From Tubulanus polymorphus (Eukaryota > Animalia > Nemertea), in assembly GCF_964204645.1 (NCBI RefSeq), contig NC_134034.1, positions 1,798,072 to 1,862,071 of the forward strand: a stretch of 64,000 nucleotides of DNA, given 5' to 3'. The position numbers and the translations under genes were made by a program. Below the pieces are notes generated by a model that saw only the letters and a program-made list of their open reading frames with translations, did not search any database and was not told the origin of the DNA. Shown here one piece after another: positions 21,894 through 35,354 of this stretch. Within the stretch, counting starts at the first letter, position 1; the number at the start of each line of letters is the position of its first letter.

Positions 21894-24374
21894 ACCAAAG
21901 TGGTAGTGACCTAAGTGTACGCTTACTTGTAAATGGCCTCGTCAGAATATCCTTAACTATTTGGAAGTGGTGAAGAGACCGCTGCGTCGTTTTGACCTCT
22001 CGATCAGTCGCACACGTGGTAAGCGAAGGTCAAGCGATGAAAATGCTGAACACGCTTCAATCTATATGAAGTGGATAGCCTTATATATATATATATATAT
22101 AATGGGAATATTCTAACCTTGGGCGCTGCTTGTCCATTAACGTATCATATAAATGATTCAATCCCTGAATCCTTAACCCCCCTCCCCGCCCCTCCCGCCC
22201 CACTTATTTATCTAAGCCGCTCTGGACAGATTCAGATTGCTACGTAGATAGAGCAAGGCACCCCCGGAGAAAGTGAGGAGACGCAATCTCTCAAAACACT
22301 GAACACGTAGCAGCGGCTGGAGCGCGCAGACAATGTTATTACTAACAAAGAGCTTTCGATCAAATAAATAAATGCGTAGTTAATTTTCTAATGTAAATAT
22401 GTTTGTACACGGTTACATGGCGTATAAAGACCTAGCTCTACCGAAACGTCTAGAGATATTTACAGAGATTCACCCGATAATCAGATACCCTTCGTCGTAC
22501 AAAAGGTACGTGTGGCTAATGTTAAATTCTTCCGATAAATGTTTGAAATATTGGTTTTGTCTGGAAATCAGCAGATAATATTAGCACGAAAAAACTGTAA
22601 GAATTTTCACTATTTCGCACATGAATGAATCGTACATCAAATGTTTTTAAAAAAGATCTATGTATATTTAACTAAATGGTCATGAAATTAGACAAGTAGA
22701 CAAGATTATTAGAAGAATGAGGTTTAACTCTAAACTCAGTCATTGGAATTGCAGATGCGTGCCCCAATTTTAAAGATCCGCCTCCGGGCTATATACCATC
22801 GGTCCAATCAGAGATCGTTCCCCGTTCAAAGCACCAATCAGCGAATGTTTGCCACGTGAAGCACCAATCAGAGATCGAATTAGTAAACAATGGACCAATC
22901 AGAGTGAATGTATCACACACCAGATCCAGTCTCAATATATAAGGTTTCCATAGACTGTCCATAATCAAATTGAAATAAAAAACCACGTTGTCGAGAAAAA
23001 CTAAGAGAGTAGTGACGTTTTGCTCGGAATCGAGTCCAAATGTCACCACTCTCTTAGTTGTTCTTCATAATGTGGATTTTTCACCACAATAAAGACTACA
23101 TTGCCAATATATTCGGCATTAAAACAATTTGACAACAAGTTGAATTAGACCTACAGTTACAAGTTGGAGCGTCGCGTGTTCTGTTGCTAAACATCGTCTC
23201 GGTGTTGTACACAGAGAAAGTTTAAGTGAATTTATAAACCGGAAATGGTAATTGTGCGAATATTTATCACCGGGTGTAGCTAAAGTGTTTCTGATTAGGA
23301 ATGAGAAACAGTGAAACAGTCGACACTGTCATCTGCAGCATTCAGACGACAACAGACAACTGAAAGAGTGTTTAATTAAATCAATTTAAATCCACAGTTT
23401 GAAATTCTGTTCGTTTGTCTCCGAGCGCAGTTAGTCGTCTGTCGACGAGAAATACGGCTGTGCATAATGTGTATTTCATAATTATGTGTGTATACGTAAA
23501 ATCAATTCACGGATTCGGACTATGATCCAAAACTTCCGGCATATTACCGTCGTCTCGACAGAGCCTAGTTTCAAGGACAGGGTATTTACTTGACTTAACC
23601 ATCTCTAACGGTAAATCCTCACTCAGGGCCGGTTTCATAGACCGGCAATTTAAGTTACCCGTATAGGGACGAATGCTCACTCTTCGCGACAAACGTCACT
23701 AAACCCTTTTAACTGAAAAAAATAAAATGTTACCAGAAATTGATTTGCCCCTTCATCTATGAAACTTAACTCAGGACAAGTTCTCTAACGTCCCATAGTC
23801 AGTATTTTGGTCTTACAAAACTTAGTTTTAAAACTGAAATGAACTTGATCGCCTCTATAGCTAAGCTCAGGTCCAACTTACGACCGGATCGGATCCAGGT
23901 CGCAAGTCAACCTGAGCTTGGCTTATGAGAACTGGGTCCGATTTGCCAAAGGTGCGTGACGATGAACAAACAAATTGGTTTTAATACGGCCCCTTAGCGC
24001 ACACCGTAACAGTGAGATTCTGAGACATACCCTAGGTATCGAGTATACGGTAAAAGAGAAATCTCTGACCGGCGCGCGCGCGAAACGAGGAGAATTTGCG
24101 TGATCAAACGAGACAGGTGCTGGTCGATACAATTAGATAATAGTCTCCATTTATTCGCCAATAGTTTACTTATGGTTCATCAGTTCTTGTACGTGAATCG
24201 TTTTTTGACGCATTAGGTCAGAAATTGGCGTCAATCAGCCGGGTTTTATTTGATTGTGTTGTTGTATATACGCGGAGAGTTCTGACTGTCGTCTCCTGAT
24301 TGATCCGGTGACAAGTGATGGGGATAAAGAGAGGGAAAGAGAAGAGACGCAGATAGATAAAGACTAGCTGAGAG

Positions 24375-24633
24375 AGGCAGAGGCAGAGGCAGATGCAGAG
24401 GCAGAGGCAGAGACAGAGGCAGAGGTAGAAACAAAGGCAGAGGCGGAGGCGGAGGCGGAGGCGGAGACGGAGGCAGAGGCAGAGGCAGAGGCAGAGGCAG
24501 AGGCAGAGGCAGAGGCAGAGGCAGAGGCAGAGGCAGAGGCAGAGGCAGAGGCAGAGGCAGAGGCAGAGGCAGAGGCAGAGGCAGAGGCAGAGGCAGAGGC
24601 AGAGGCAGAGGCAGAGGCAGAGGCAGAGGCAGA
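24375..24633. repeat. (GGCAGA)n hexanucleotide microsatellite
   Basis: Directly visible. Confidence 0.95.
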
Positions 24634-27600
24634 GTTTTGGCATATGTCGAATTGTTCGCAAACCACAAACCCGTTTATCTTAAGAGAAAAAAGTTTACTA
24701 CACCCTCCTCTCCCTCATCTGTTTAAATATGTATAGGTATCGGGTTCATGCATCATTCATGACCTACACCAACAGTTAACAGTATAACGCGGACGCGTAT
24801 GAATTTCCCTATTTTATCTATTCACTATATCAAATAAACTACAGTGTGTTTCACAACATGATCGCGGTGGAGAGAAGAGTGATCGGATAATTTCACAAAG
24901 TGTGTCTGGAAATGATGACATTTTTAAATATGAATGAAGAATACAGACGGCGCTCGGCATTAGTTATTATTATCGCGCGATGTGTGATGAGGGCCTTGTG
25001 AATTAAAGCGAGCGATAGGTGTAACTGTCTGCTCCGCGGGGCTGATGACTTTCTATATGACTGATAGCGATTTAATAACCGTGTAGCGTAGATAGAGTCG
25101 AAAAACGACCGACGAGACGAATGCATTCGGAACTCCCAGCTCTCTCTCTCTCAAATTGATCTCGAGTATGGGGTTCGTAAAATCGTCTGCCGCTCGTTGC
25201 TGCTCGATGAATAGACTAAAATCGAATGTCAACACTCGATGATATTCGACATAAGTCTTCGCCGGATTTATGATTAATTGTTTGCTTTCTTTCTACTTCC
25301 CGCCCGTTAGTGTATCGCCGTAACATGATGCAGATTACGAACCCGGAGCAGTCCTCTCTTCCGTCTCATCCTTTCTTCCTGTCCTCCTTTTGCCCAGGTC
25401 CACGTAATACACGTTATGCCCCTTTTGAATTGGATTTTAATAATCAGTTTAAGTAGCTCTAATTGTCATGGTCTAGCAACTATGATGACTCATACAAGCT
25501 ACTTGTGACAAGCGAGGCTCCAGCAGGTGTCGCTAGTGTGCAGTAGGACATCAACTTTTGAGCGAATGGAAGATTCTATTTGTGGCAAGTGAGGATTCAC
25601 CAGGTGTCGCTAGTGTACATTAGGACACCATCTACTGAGCGAATACAGGACTCTACAGTGACGACGATCCATCAGGTGTCGCTAGTGTGTAGTCGGATAA
25701 CAACTACTGCGGCAATAGAAGATTCCTATTGTGGCAAGCGAGGATCCACCAGGTGTCGCTGTGTGCAGTAGGACATCTGCTAAAAGCGAGGATTCCCACC
25801 AGAGTTCGAGAAGTTCAATTTTTTTTTCGAACTCGACATCGTGTTCTATATCGTGGTGTTGTATACGATATTTTTGAAACTTTTTTTCAAAACGAACGGT
25901 ATCACGCGGCGCGCGCACTGCTGCGAGAGGAGGATTGAGGAGCAGTGAAAATTGACGAGGCACGGGGGAATATTTTCAGTTCGGAATGGATCAACATTCT
26001 GTCGATTACCGCTCACTGACTGTAGGGTTATTAAACAGAGTTTTATCGGCTGGATTAGTCGCATATTTGTCGCCGTATCCGAAACATAAAACGGCTTGAA
26101 ACCCGATGGGACGTGAACGGCACTTGCTCAGACTATTAGCGCGCGGTGATGTCGGTCTCAACGGCGGTTTGAACCTAATACCGCGGTCGTCCAAACAGCT
26201 CCGTCCGCAGTCGTATAAACGACATTGATTGCCGTTGAAGTAATTGTCGATTTCTGGCATCAACGCTGCTCCGCTCACAGCGTTAACGCATATATACGTA
26301 TACGTACTTACGGTAACGTCATCATATTATAGACGTAACGTTGCCGATGATAACGTTATAAGGCGTTTAAAGTATGAAATAACGTTTGACCGATTTGCTG
26401 AAGATGGTTTTAAGCCATAGTATTTTTTACGCTGATACATGGATGGCGTGAAATAGAGACCGATGTTGACGAGGTTGAATGAACGTATTATCGGTTATTA
26501 GCGTTTTATGCGGTAACGTCACAGGAACACACGAAGGACCATCACCAGCAGCACTGTGTCATCGATTCCTCTGGACACGGTACAAATATGGGCCGATGTC
26601 TCAGACTCTTCGCCAGGCGTCGTTCATTTAGGCCAGGTTCTATATTGGTAGCTAGTTTTCACAACTTTCCCGTCCGCTAGGGGGCGCTTCGTCGCGCCTA
26701 CCGCGCGCAGCTCTGGTCGTTGGAAATCTTCTTGTGGACAGAACACGGACTCTTTTTGTTAGGATATCGTTTTGCAAAATCCCTAATATAGTTGTAGGTC
26801 TGCTTTCTTAAAACACCAATTTAAAACTCACTTTGATTCCATAAACATTCTAATAACCTAATAACTATTACTGGGAGAATTTCAGAGTAAATGAGCAAAA
26901 ATGTTATTCAATGCTATTTTGTGTCATGTTATTTTCGTTTTTAATGATGCAGTTTAGTCAAAACTTGCGAACAGTCAGAATAAATTGTTAAATCGTCATC
27001 TGTGGCTTTCGCTCATTAACCTTAGACCAGTCGATCTCTTTTCTATAAACAATCTCTTACAACGCCAGTCGCCAGATTCAGGACCACTTTTGTGGGTTTA
27101 TGCCATGTGACAACTGAATTTGCATTTTCACCATGTTATTTGTCAACCACAGTTACCGTAACCAACTTTTCAGCTACTGGCTACAGTTACACTTTAACAC
27201 CGCCATACTTTCACTTTCTCTCCCTCTCTATCTTTATTAGTTAGATATAAACTATGCGTTCACGGACAGAACGACGACACAGTCGACCTGATTTAGTATT
27301 ATATATGGATGTCGGGTGAGACTCCACATTAGATCAAGGCTATCGAGTGTCGCTAGCACCGCGCGATGGTTTAGAGGTTATCACTCTGTACACATGAATC
27401 ACTTATTTTCTATTAGCGGCCGCGCGTATATTTTCTACCCTGAGTCTATCGAAGACGTTTTTAAATGAAAGACCCATCATCGCAATCCGCACATCCGTCG
27501 CAGCCACCGCCGCCGCCTGACGAAAATATTACCAAAATTGGCCGCAGCGTCGATCGACGGGTAATGGACCGTCGTTACCATGGCGACGACGTGTGATCGT

Positions 27601-27974
27601 TGATTTTTGCTCGTTTGAATACTAACTGTCAAAATTTGCCCCCCGTCGCGCTCCTGACGCCGCGGACGAACGGACTGCCCGTTTCGTCTGCCCAGACTAG
27701 CGCCCTGTTAGCGATCGGTAAATTGACCACTGCGGAATGAGCGTATGTGACTAGAATTCGCTTTCCGTCGTTCATTGATCAAAAACACACAGAATTACAC
27801 TTAATTTTGCCGATAATCAATTTCTTCCTCAAAATGGCCTCTCCGGTGTTGTGGTTGATGAAGCGCTTCGGTGTTTGATGTGTCGACTGAATTCTTGCGG
27901 TCCTTACGCAAAAAAGAGGATTCGCGTGGAGGGCGCCATCTTTTCTAGTCGTTTTCAAAGAGAGCTATTACCTA

Positions 27975-28742
27975 CCACTGTGAAGGAAAGTAACTCGTAC
28001 CCCAGCAAGTGGAGAGAGTAACTCGTGGTACCACTGTGAAGGAAAGTAACTCGTACCCGAGGGAATGGAGATTTACTGATGGAACCACAGCGAAAGGCGA
28101 GTAACTCGTTGTACCACATTGAAAGGAAAGTAACTCGTGGTACCACAGCGAAAGGAGAGTAACTCGTGGTACCACAGTGAAAGGAGAGTAACTCGTTGTA
28201 CCACAGTGAAAGGAGAGTAACTCGTGGTACCACAGTGAAAGGAGAGTAACTCGTTGTACCACAGTGAAAGGAGAGTAACTCGTGGTACCACAGTGAAAGG
28301 AGAGTAACACGTGGTACCACAGCGAAAGGAGAGTAACTCGTGGTACCACAGTGAAAGGAGAGTAACTCGTGGTGCCACAGCGAAAGGAGAGTAACTCGTT
28401 GTACCACATTGAAAGGAAAGTAACTCGTGGTACCACAGCGAAAGGAGAGTAACTCGTGGCACCACAGTGAAAAGAGAGTAACTCGTTGTACCACAGTGAA
28501 AGGAGAGTAACTCGTGGTACCACAGTGAAAGGAGAGTAACACGTGGTACCACAGTGAAAGGAGAGTAACTCGTGGTACCACATTGAAAGGAGAGTAACTC
28601 GTGGTGCCACAGTGAAAGGAGAGTAACTCGTGGTGCCACAGTGAAAGGAGAGTAACTCGTGGTGCCACAGTGAAAGGAGAGTAACTCGTGGTGCCACAGT
28701 GAAAGGAGAGCAACTCGTGGTGCCACTGTGAAAGGAGAGTAA
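27975..28742. repeat. 29-bp minisatellite, about 25 units
   Basis: Unit GAAAGGAGAGTAACTCGTGGTACCACAGT containing the palindrome GTGGTACCAC. Confidence 0.93.
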
Positions 28743-29227
28743 GGCGCAGCAGCAGTAAGGCGGAGCAGCGTGAGTCTGGTCGCTCGTCGTCTAGCGCTGC
28801 TACTGATTGATTGTTTATTGTCAGGCGGTAAATGTGTTTCATGAAATAAGATTATAGAATGTTATCGTCTGCGCGCTACGAATCAATCATAGATGTTTGA
28901 TTGACGTCACGTGATTACACGTCACGCGTGTTCCGCTCCGCGTTCGGCACTTTAAATCGTGTTCTAATTTAACAATCAAAATTCGTCTTTTCAGTGAAAC
29001 AGGTTTCTCTCTATTAGCAGCAGGCTGCTCAGCGCCGCTCGAATAAATAGACAATTACTTTTATTCACCACCTTACAGTGTTCCATCACCCCTTCGAGTC
29101 GAATGGAATCGTCTAAAAAGATGGCTGCTTCCTCCTTGAATCGCTCAAAGGCATTGTAGGTCGTTACAAGTAACGTAGCTCACTATATAGACTCTTTTCC
29201 CAAAATGATTGGTGCCTCTTATGAATA

Positions 29228-29565
29228 GACCCTTCCAGATGGCTGCCTATCAAGACCTCTTTGAAAAAGATCTCTGCTTCTATAAACAAGCCTCCAGAAA
29301 AGATGGCCGCGTCTATAGACCGTTTTAGAAAAGTCGGCCGCATCTATAGACCCTTCTAGACATAGCCACCTCATGGACCCTTCTAGAAAAAGATGGCCAC
29401 CTCCATAGACCCTCCTAGACAAGATGGATGCCTCTAGACACTTCCAGAAAAAAATGGCCACCTCTTTAAAACCTTTTAGACAAGCTGGCCGCCTCTAGAA
29501 ACCCTTCTAGACAAGATGGCTGCCTCTAGAAACCCTTCTAGACAAGATGGCCGCCTCTAAAAACC
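29228..29565. repeat. About 30-bp degenerate minisatellite with AAGATGGCCGC core
   Basis: TAGACAAGATGGCCGCCTCTAGAAACCCTTC-type units. Confidence 0.8.
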
Positions 29566-32248
29566 TTTGCGGAAACGTGAAGTTTCCTCGTTGATACCCG
29601 GAACTGATCTCGTGATTTCTTTGAATAATCGAGATTTCCACACACATTTCTAAGCGCAGTCACGTGCAACACACGAAGCGAGTGGACGTTTTTCACACAC
29701 GACGAGGGAAATATAAGAAACGATCTGAAGAACGGATAAGACGTTGATAATCCGCTAGACATATTCATTCTCTCTCCGTTATCCCCCCCCCCCTTCTGCG
29801 ATAAGCAAACAGCAGCGCTCGCTGACGAGCTGGAGAAGCCGCGCTGTTTATATCATTCACGATGATACCTCCGAACAAATCCGCGCGCCACGAATAAAAG
29901 CGTACGGTGCAGAAAAAAGGTGACCGTTAGAAAAACAATAAAGCGCGTCGACGACCTCGGAAAGAAGAACTTCTGATAGGGGAGATTTGTTCTTTATCCG
30001 GGATATAAGCGTCAAGATGAAGTACTATACTAATCCGTGTGTAGGCTATACGTGGAACTTTCATCCCGAGGAACAAGGCTTACCCTAATATCCCCTACAG
30101 ATACATGGAATGCATATTAAGGTGTTCTATGTACGATCTCGTAAATTGTCATTTCATGCATACTTCATGCGGACGCGCGGTCTCACGCGGTCGACGTCTC
30201 TTCTTGTGCTGACGACGTTTTTAAAGAAGTGTTTTAGTATTAATATAACGTATATACGACTAATATACGTGCCGTTTATCGCAGGCGTATAATGTAGGGA
30301 TTTATTATCGTGGGATAGCTGCACGCCAATTCATCGTATGTCCTCGCCGAACCTTTATCTACCATCCCTGCAACACGCTTTGGTCATGTAAATATCTATT
30401 TCCCGTCTCTAGCTTTTTACAAATGTTTTTTTTTTTGTTGTTTCATTTTATCTCATTTCATCGACGTCCATGAATCTTGATTATGATTATTGTCAATATC
30501 CCACGCGTTGTCTCCTCTCTGGATGTTGTGTACTTATTTACCCGATGAAGCTACTTTAGTAGCGAATGCTCGTACTTTAAGTAAATCAATGTTAACTTTT
30601 AATTGTGCTCATTTGTCGTTCTTGGTTATTGATAGATGGAACAATTTAGATTAAAACTTAGTCCTTCATTGCTCCCCGTACCCCATCCTCTGTACCCCGC
30701 CAGCCTTTGTGACATTTTGTCCTGTGCAACATTTTTTTCATCCGCAATGATGACATGCATTCTAACTTAGCAGGGAATTTCTTCGAAAACAAAACGGATA
30801 GAATGAAAGTAATGATAATGATAAAATATGCTTTTATATAGCGCTATTTTCTAAAAAAAAGACTCCATCATTGCGCTTTACATGAAACAATAATTCCAAC
30901 CCCAACATAAAACACAGTAGTATTCCAAGAATTAAAAGCATTGGGAAACATGAACCCTTTTAACCTATATCTACCCCGTTTTGCGTCATGTTTAGTGTAA
31001 AATGCCCCTTAATAGTTACGAGTCCTTCAAAAATTGGCTCAACGTCCGCATCCCTTCTCTCCCCACCTTTCCCTACTTCTTCTCCCTCGACCTCTCCCCT
31101 TCTTCACCTTTGTCTGAACTCTCCATTTCCATAGTGTCGTATTAATATGGCCGCGAAAAGTGAAAGAGACAGTAGCGAGAGAAACACTCGGTGTGTCCAG
31201 TACAGCTACGGGTAATAAATAAATAAACGGCAGTTAAACAGACTCTGGTGGCGGTTCCGTGGCGCTGCACACAAATCGTAAATAACATCACAGTCGGTTC
31301 GGGCTACGACTCCATACACAACAATGAATAGATAATATAAAAACCTGCTTGTGTATTATAGGACATTAGATTTGCATATATTTGCATATTGTCGTCTGTG
31401 TGAGTGCGAAAATACGCATACTATTATCGATCGGTATTGTTGCGCGATGCTGCGTGCGGGGAGGCAAGTCGAGCTGCCGCAGGCAACCGGAGCCGTCCCA
31501 GGAGCTGTCGGCGGTTAGAAAAAGTGCTCGAAAAAATAAATCAACGAAATAACCGACCGCTGCCAGGACGTGTTACTACTAACTAAATATAATTACAAGA
31601 AACTTGATACGCTGAAGACTGTCCCTGCAATCGGGACATTAAAAAAAATCCGGGCATCGCTATACGAAGCAATATCGCGACGCCATTTTAGCTTGTAGCG
31701 TGAGTCATTTTGCTTAGCTATAACTATCTGAATTTCTGTTTGTTTAAGAATTAATTCCGGTAATGAAACAGCGAAAGTCAATAGTAAACAAACCGGCTAG
31801 GCCAACATTTTTAGGCGTTTTGTTCACTGAGAATTAATTGATCGTCGTTCAGACGGATGTCAAACCCATCATAATGGGGAAAAAACGAAGGAAAAATCTA
31901 AATCTCTTTTGGAGGTAAATCCATCCTTATGTATTTTGTTGACTAGTCCCTTTTAAAGTAATCTAAATCGAATTCTGTTAAGTTTCTAAGCTAATTCTGT
32001 TAATGGGTTATGCTCCTAAATCATTGTTTATAAATGATTATATATAAATGGTTCGGAAGACTACGGATTATCGCGCGTTATCTGTTAATCGCTTAATCCG
32101 TTATTAAAAGCTTGGTTGGTCGCGGGTATTCCGGAATTGAAATCTGTTGACTGTATTTCACTATTGCGCTGTATGGGGAGAGGTCTTATGGAGAGAGGAC
32201 AGTGATGTTTCTAAGAAAAGTGGTTTATTTCTGTATCTTGGAAAACGA

Positions 32249-32490
32249 ACTAATGTCTATTTCAACCTGACTTGAGAGCATACAGGGTTGCCTAGCTCGC
32301 TAATTTTTGGTAGTACATACCTGATAAAGGTCTTAATAGGACCAGAAAGGACGAGCATAAAAAATGATGATTTAGGTCGACTGCCAATGCATTCTGGCCC
32401 TAATAAGACTTCTATCAGGCATGTACTACCAAAACTGACTGAGTTAGGCCACCCTGTATGCTCTCAAGTCAGGTTGAAATAGACATTAGT
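32249..32490. mobile_element. Foldback MITE with about 100-bp inverted arms
   Basis: ACTAATGTCTATTTCAACCTGACTTGAGAGCATACAGGGT at the left is the exact reverse complement of the right end. Confidence 0.75.
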
Positions 32491-33565
32491 ACATGTAATT
32501 GATTTCTACCACGATGATAATTTTCGAGTCTTTTCGTTCTTAATGGTCGTAATAATTCGTGCGGTGCAGTCAATGATAGCCACAGATATGGACGATGGTT
32601 CTTAAAGTATCCAAAAACCATAGAACTCAAATCAAGATTTGAGTTCTACGCCAAAAACCAGCGAGAACGTGGAAAATAAACCAATAATTCAGTATTCGCA
32701 TTTACAAAATTAACCAAAATAAAGAGACAAATTCACTGGCATTATTTGAACACCTAGTAGGCCTAGATATTACTTGAATTATAACTTTAACAATATGCAA
32801 ATCTTTTCTCACAAGACCCAAGACCCATGTCACGTGTACGCCAAGCACTGGCAAAATGCACTAATTCTACCATAGAACATTGAATAATATTTTGCAGTTG
32901 CACTAAACTAAACGGGCGTGAATTTGATGTGTTAACACGAATGTTAATTCTGGAAGCACGGAAATGTAGAGGGGAAATAACTAAAAAAAATCAAATCCTC
33001 GTAAACATAAATAACGAAAGTCTAATCAAGGCAAAAACTTCACAATAAAAAAGGTTAATATGTAACATAGATCGTCGATTACTTTTCGTTTTGCGTCGCT
33101 TCATTTGTTTTTTTTTTTTGATTCCGTGGATGTGAACGGAGAGGAAGCCGAGTGGACCGAGCGTCGTAGTAGAAATGACAGTCGATTATAAATGATGTAA
33201 GCCGCAAGTGGACGAAGAAGCCGTTAGTTCAGTGAAGTGTAGTGTACGATGCGTCTATTCTCTCTATAATAATTCACGCTTGAAGAAGTTTAGCTTTTCT
33301 TCCTTTACTGAGGGTCTATTTCCTTCCATAAATACGGACGGTAACCGGCCACGCTATCCAGCGATACTCGTTATCAAATTACTGTCTCTCTTCATACCGT
33401 GTAGAGTCCGGCATGGCGGTCACTGTATTCTGGATTCACTGCGATATTACTGTTGGTTTTCATCGTAAAGTTACTTTCTGTTGAATTCAACTGAAGAAAG
33501 AAACCACAATCATTGACAAGATAACGAAACCAGTAGTTGCGTTGAGCCATTTCCCAAAACCAAGA

Positions 33566-33930
33566 AAGTAGTGACGTTTAGACTCATTTCTATGACCCAT
33601 TTTTAAGAGAGTAGTGACGTTTAGACTCAATTCTATGAGCCATTTTCACAACTTAGAGAGTAGTGACGTTTAGACTCAGTTCTATGAGCCATTTTTAAGA
33701 GAGTAGTGACGTTTAGACTCAATTCTATGAGCCATTTTCACAACTTAGAGAGTAGTGACGTTTAGACTCAATTCTATGAGCCATTTTCACAACTTAGAGA
33801 GTAGTGACGTTTAGACTCAGTTCTATGAGCCATTTTTAAGAGAGTAGTGACGTTTAGACTCAATTCTATGAGCCATTTTCGCAACTAAGAGATTAGTGAC
33901 GTTTAGACTCAATTCCACACGCCATTTTCA
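33566..33930. repeat. 42/49-bp minisatellite
   Basis: GAGAGTAGTGACGTTTAGACTCAATTCTATGAGCCATTTT(CACAACTTA) units; the core also forms the hairpin at about 23001-23057. Confidence 0.88.
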
Positions 33931-34231
33931 AAGCAGGGGTCAATAGGGTCATGGGTCACCTTCTCGTCAGTAGTGCCATGTAGCGGAGGTTATTGGTATT
34001 CAGTAGATGAAATTTAATATCGCCAAACATATCATGAGATGCTGCAATATTCCCTAAATGTTCATGGAATATTTGTCAGGATTATTGTAAAATCATTTTT
34101 GACGAATAAAAGTAATTTTCAGAATAACAAGTGCATTAGATTCATTTATTGGTAGATTTATATAATTTGAACACCGGTCACATATCGACATGGTCAGTCG
34201 TATATATCAAAATGGCGAACATTATGTAAGC

Positions 34232-34726
34232 ATACTTACCTGGCACAGAGGTCCACCGTGATCTGAAACGGAACAGCCAACTAACTTAGATAAACGAGTA
34301 ATATATTTCGGCTTGCCTAGACAGATAATTAGAAATTCAAAAAATAGACATATATGTAATTATGTAATAACAGTTCTAAAATGGACACTGTACAAAAATC
34401 ACCGTAAATCATGTGACGGGGAACAGCAAATAGATCTAAAAAACTATGCTAGGAATTATATTGTAAATAGATTAAAACAAGAGATTGCACACAAAAAGAA
34501 CATACATTTGTGGACCCAAAATGAATCCCTAATTAAAATAACTGAAATGGAATTGGTAATAAATGAAATACTACTCGATACAATTTATGATATACTGTAA
34601 GCTTTGTATACTATGTACTACGTATATTATTAAATACTATGTATAGTATGTTTGTGTATTTTCCGACATGAATAATGTATTATTGATATATATATATATG
34701 TATATATATGTATATATATGTATGTG

Positions 34727-34785
<59 letters not shown>

Positions 34786-35310
34786 ATATGTATATATATG
34801 TATATATATTTATATATGTATATATGTGTATATGTATGTATATATATATATATATGTATATGGACTTGTTAATTCTGTAAATGTGTATATATTGAAGAAT
34901 GATAGACTATTTGATAACGATGTCTAGTATGTAAATAGGATTCTGTACCGATAACTGTATATAATTTTTCAAAATTTTAAGAAAAAAAACAAAAGCAATA
35001 TAAAAAAAAGATAAAAAATACTGAAAAAAAGGAAAAAATGTTAAAAAAGAACGAAAATTTTTTATATCCTATTTGGAAAGAGTAGAACAACCTAAAATGA
35101 AAAGAGATAACAGTTATTTAAGAACTTTCCCTCTCGGTCGTAAGGTGTTCTTACACCTAATACACGGAGCTAGAGGTGATTTTTTTTTTCTTTTTAAACT
35201 GCATATTCTCGCTACAATCATGTAACAATATCAGTCCCCCACATGACTCCAGTGGGTGCGATGTAGATGTAATGGAGCTTTCCATTAGATAATAAAGTAA
35301 GATAAAAAGC

Positions 35311-35354
<44 letters not shown>

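Noticed and set aside
24218-24668. Poly-LC, LP and SA ORFs
   Set aside because: Translations of the (GGCAGA)n microsatellite.
27955-28842. Long ORFs of 217-295 aa in three frames
   Set aside because: They are translations of the 29-bp minisatellite; no splice or start context and no domain.
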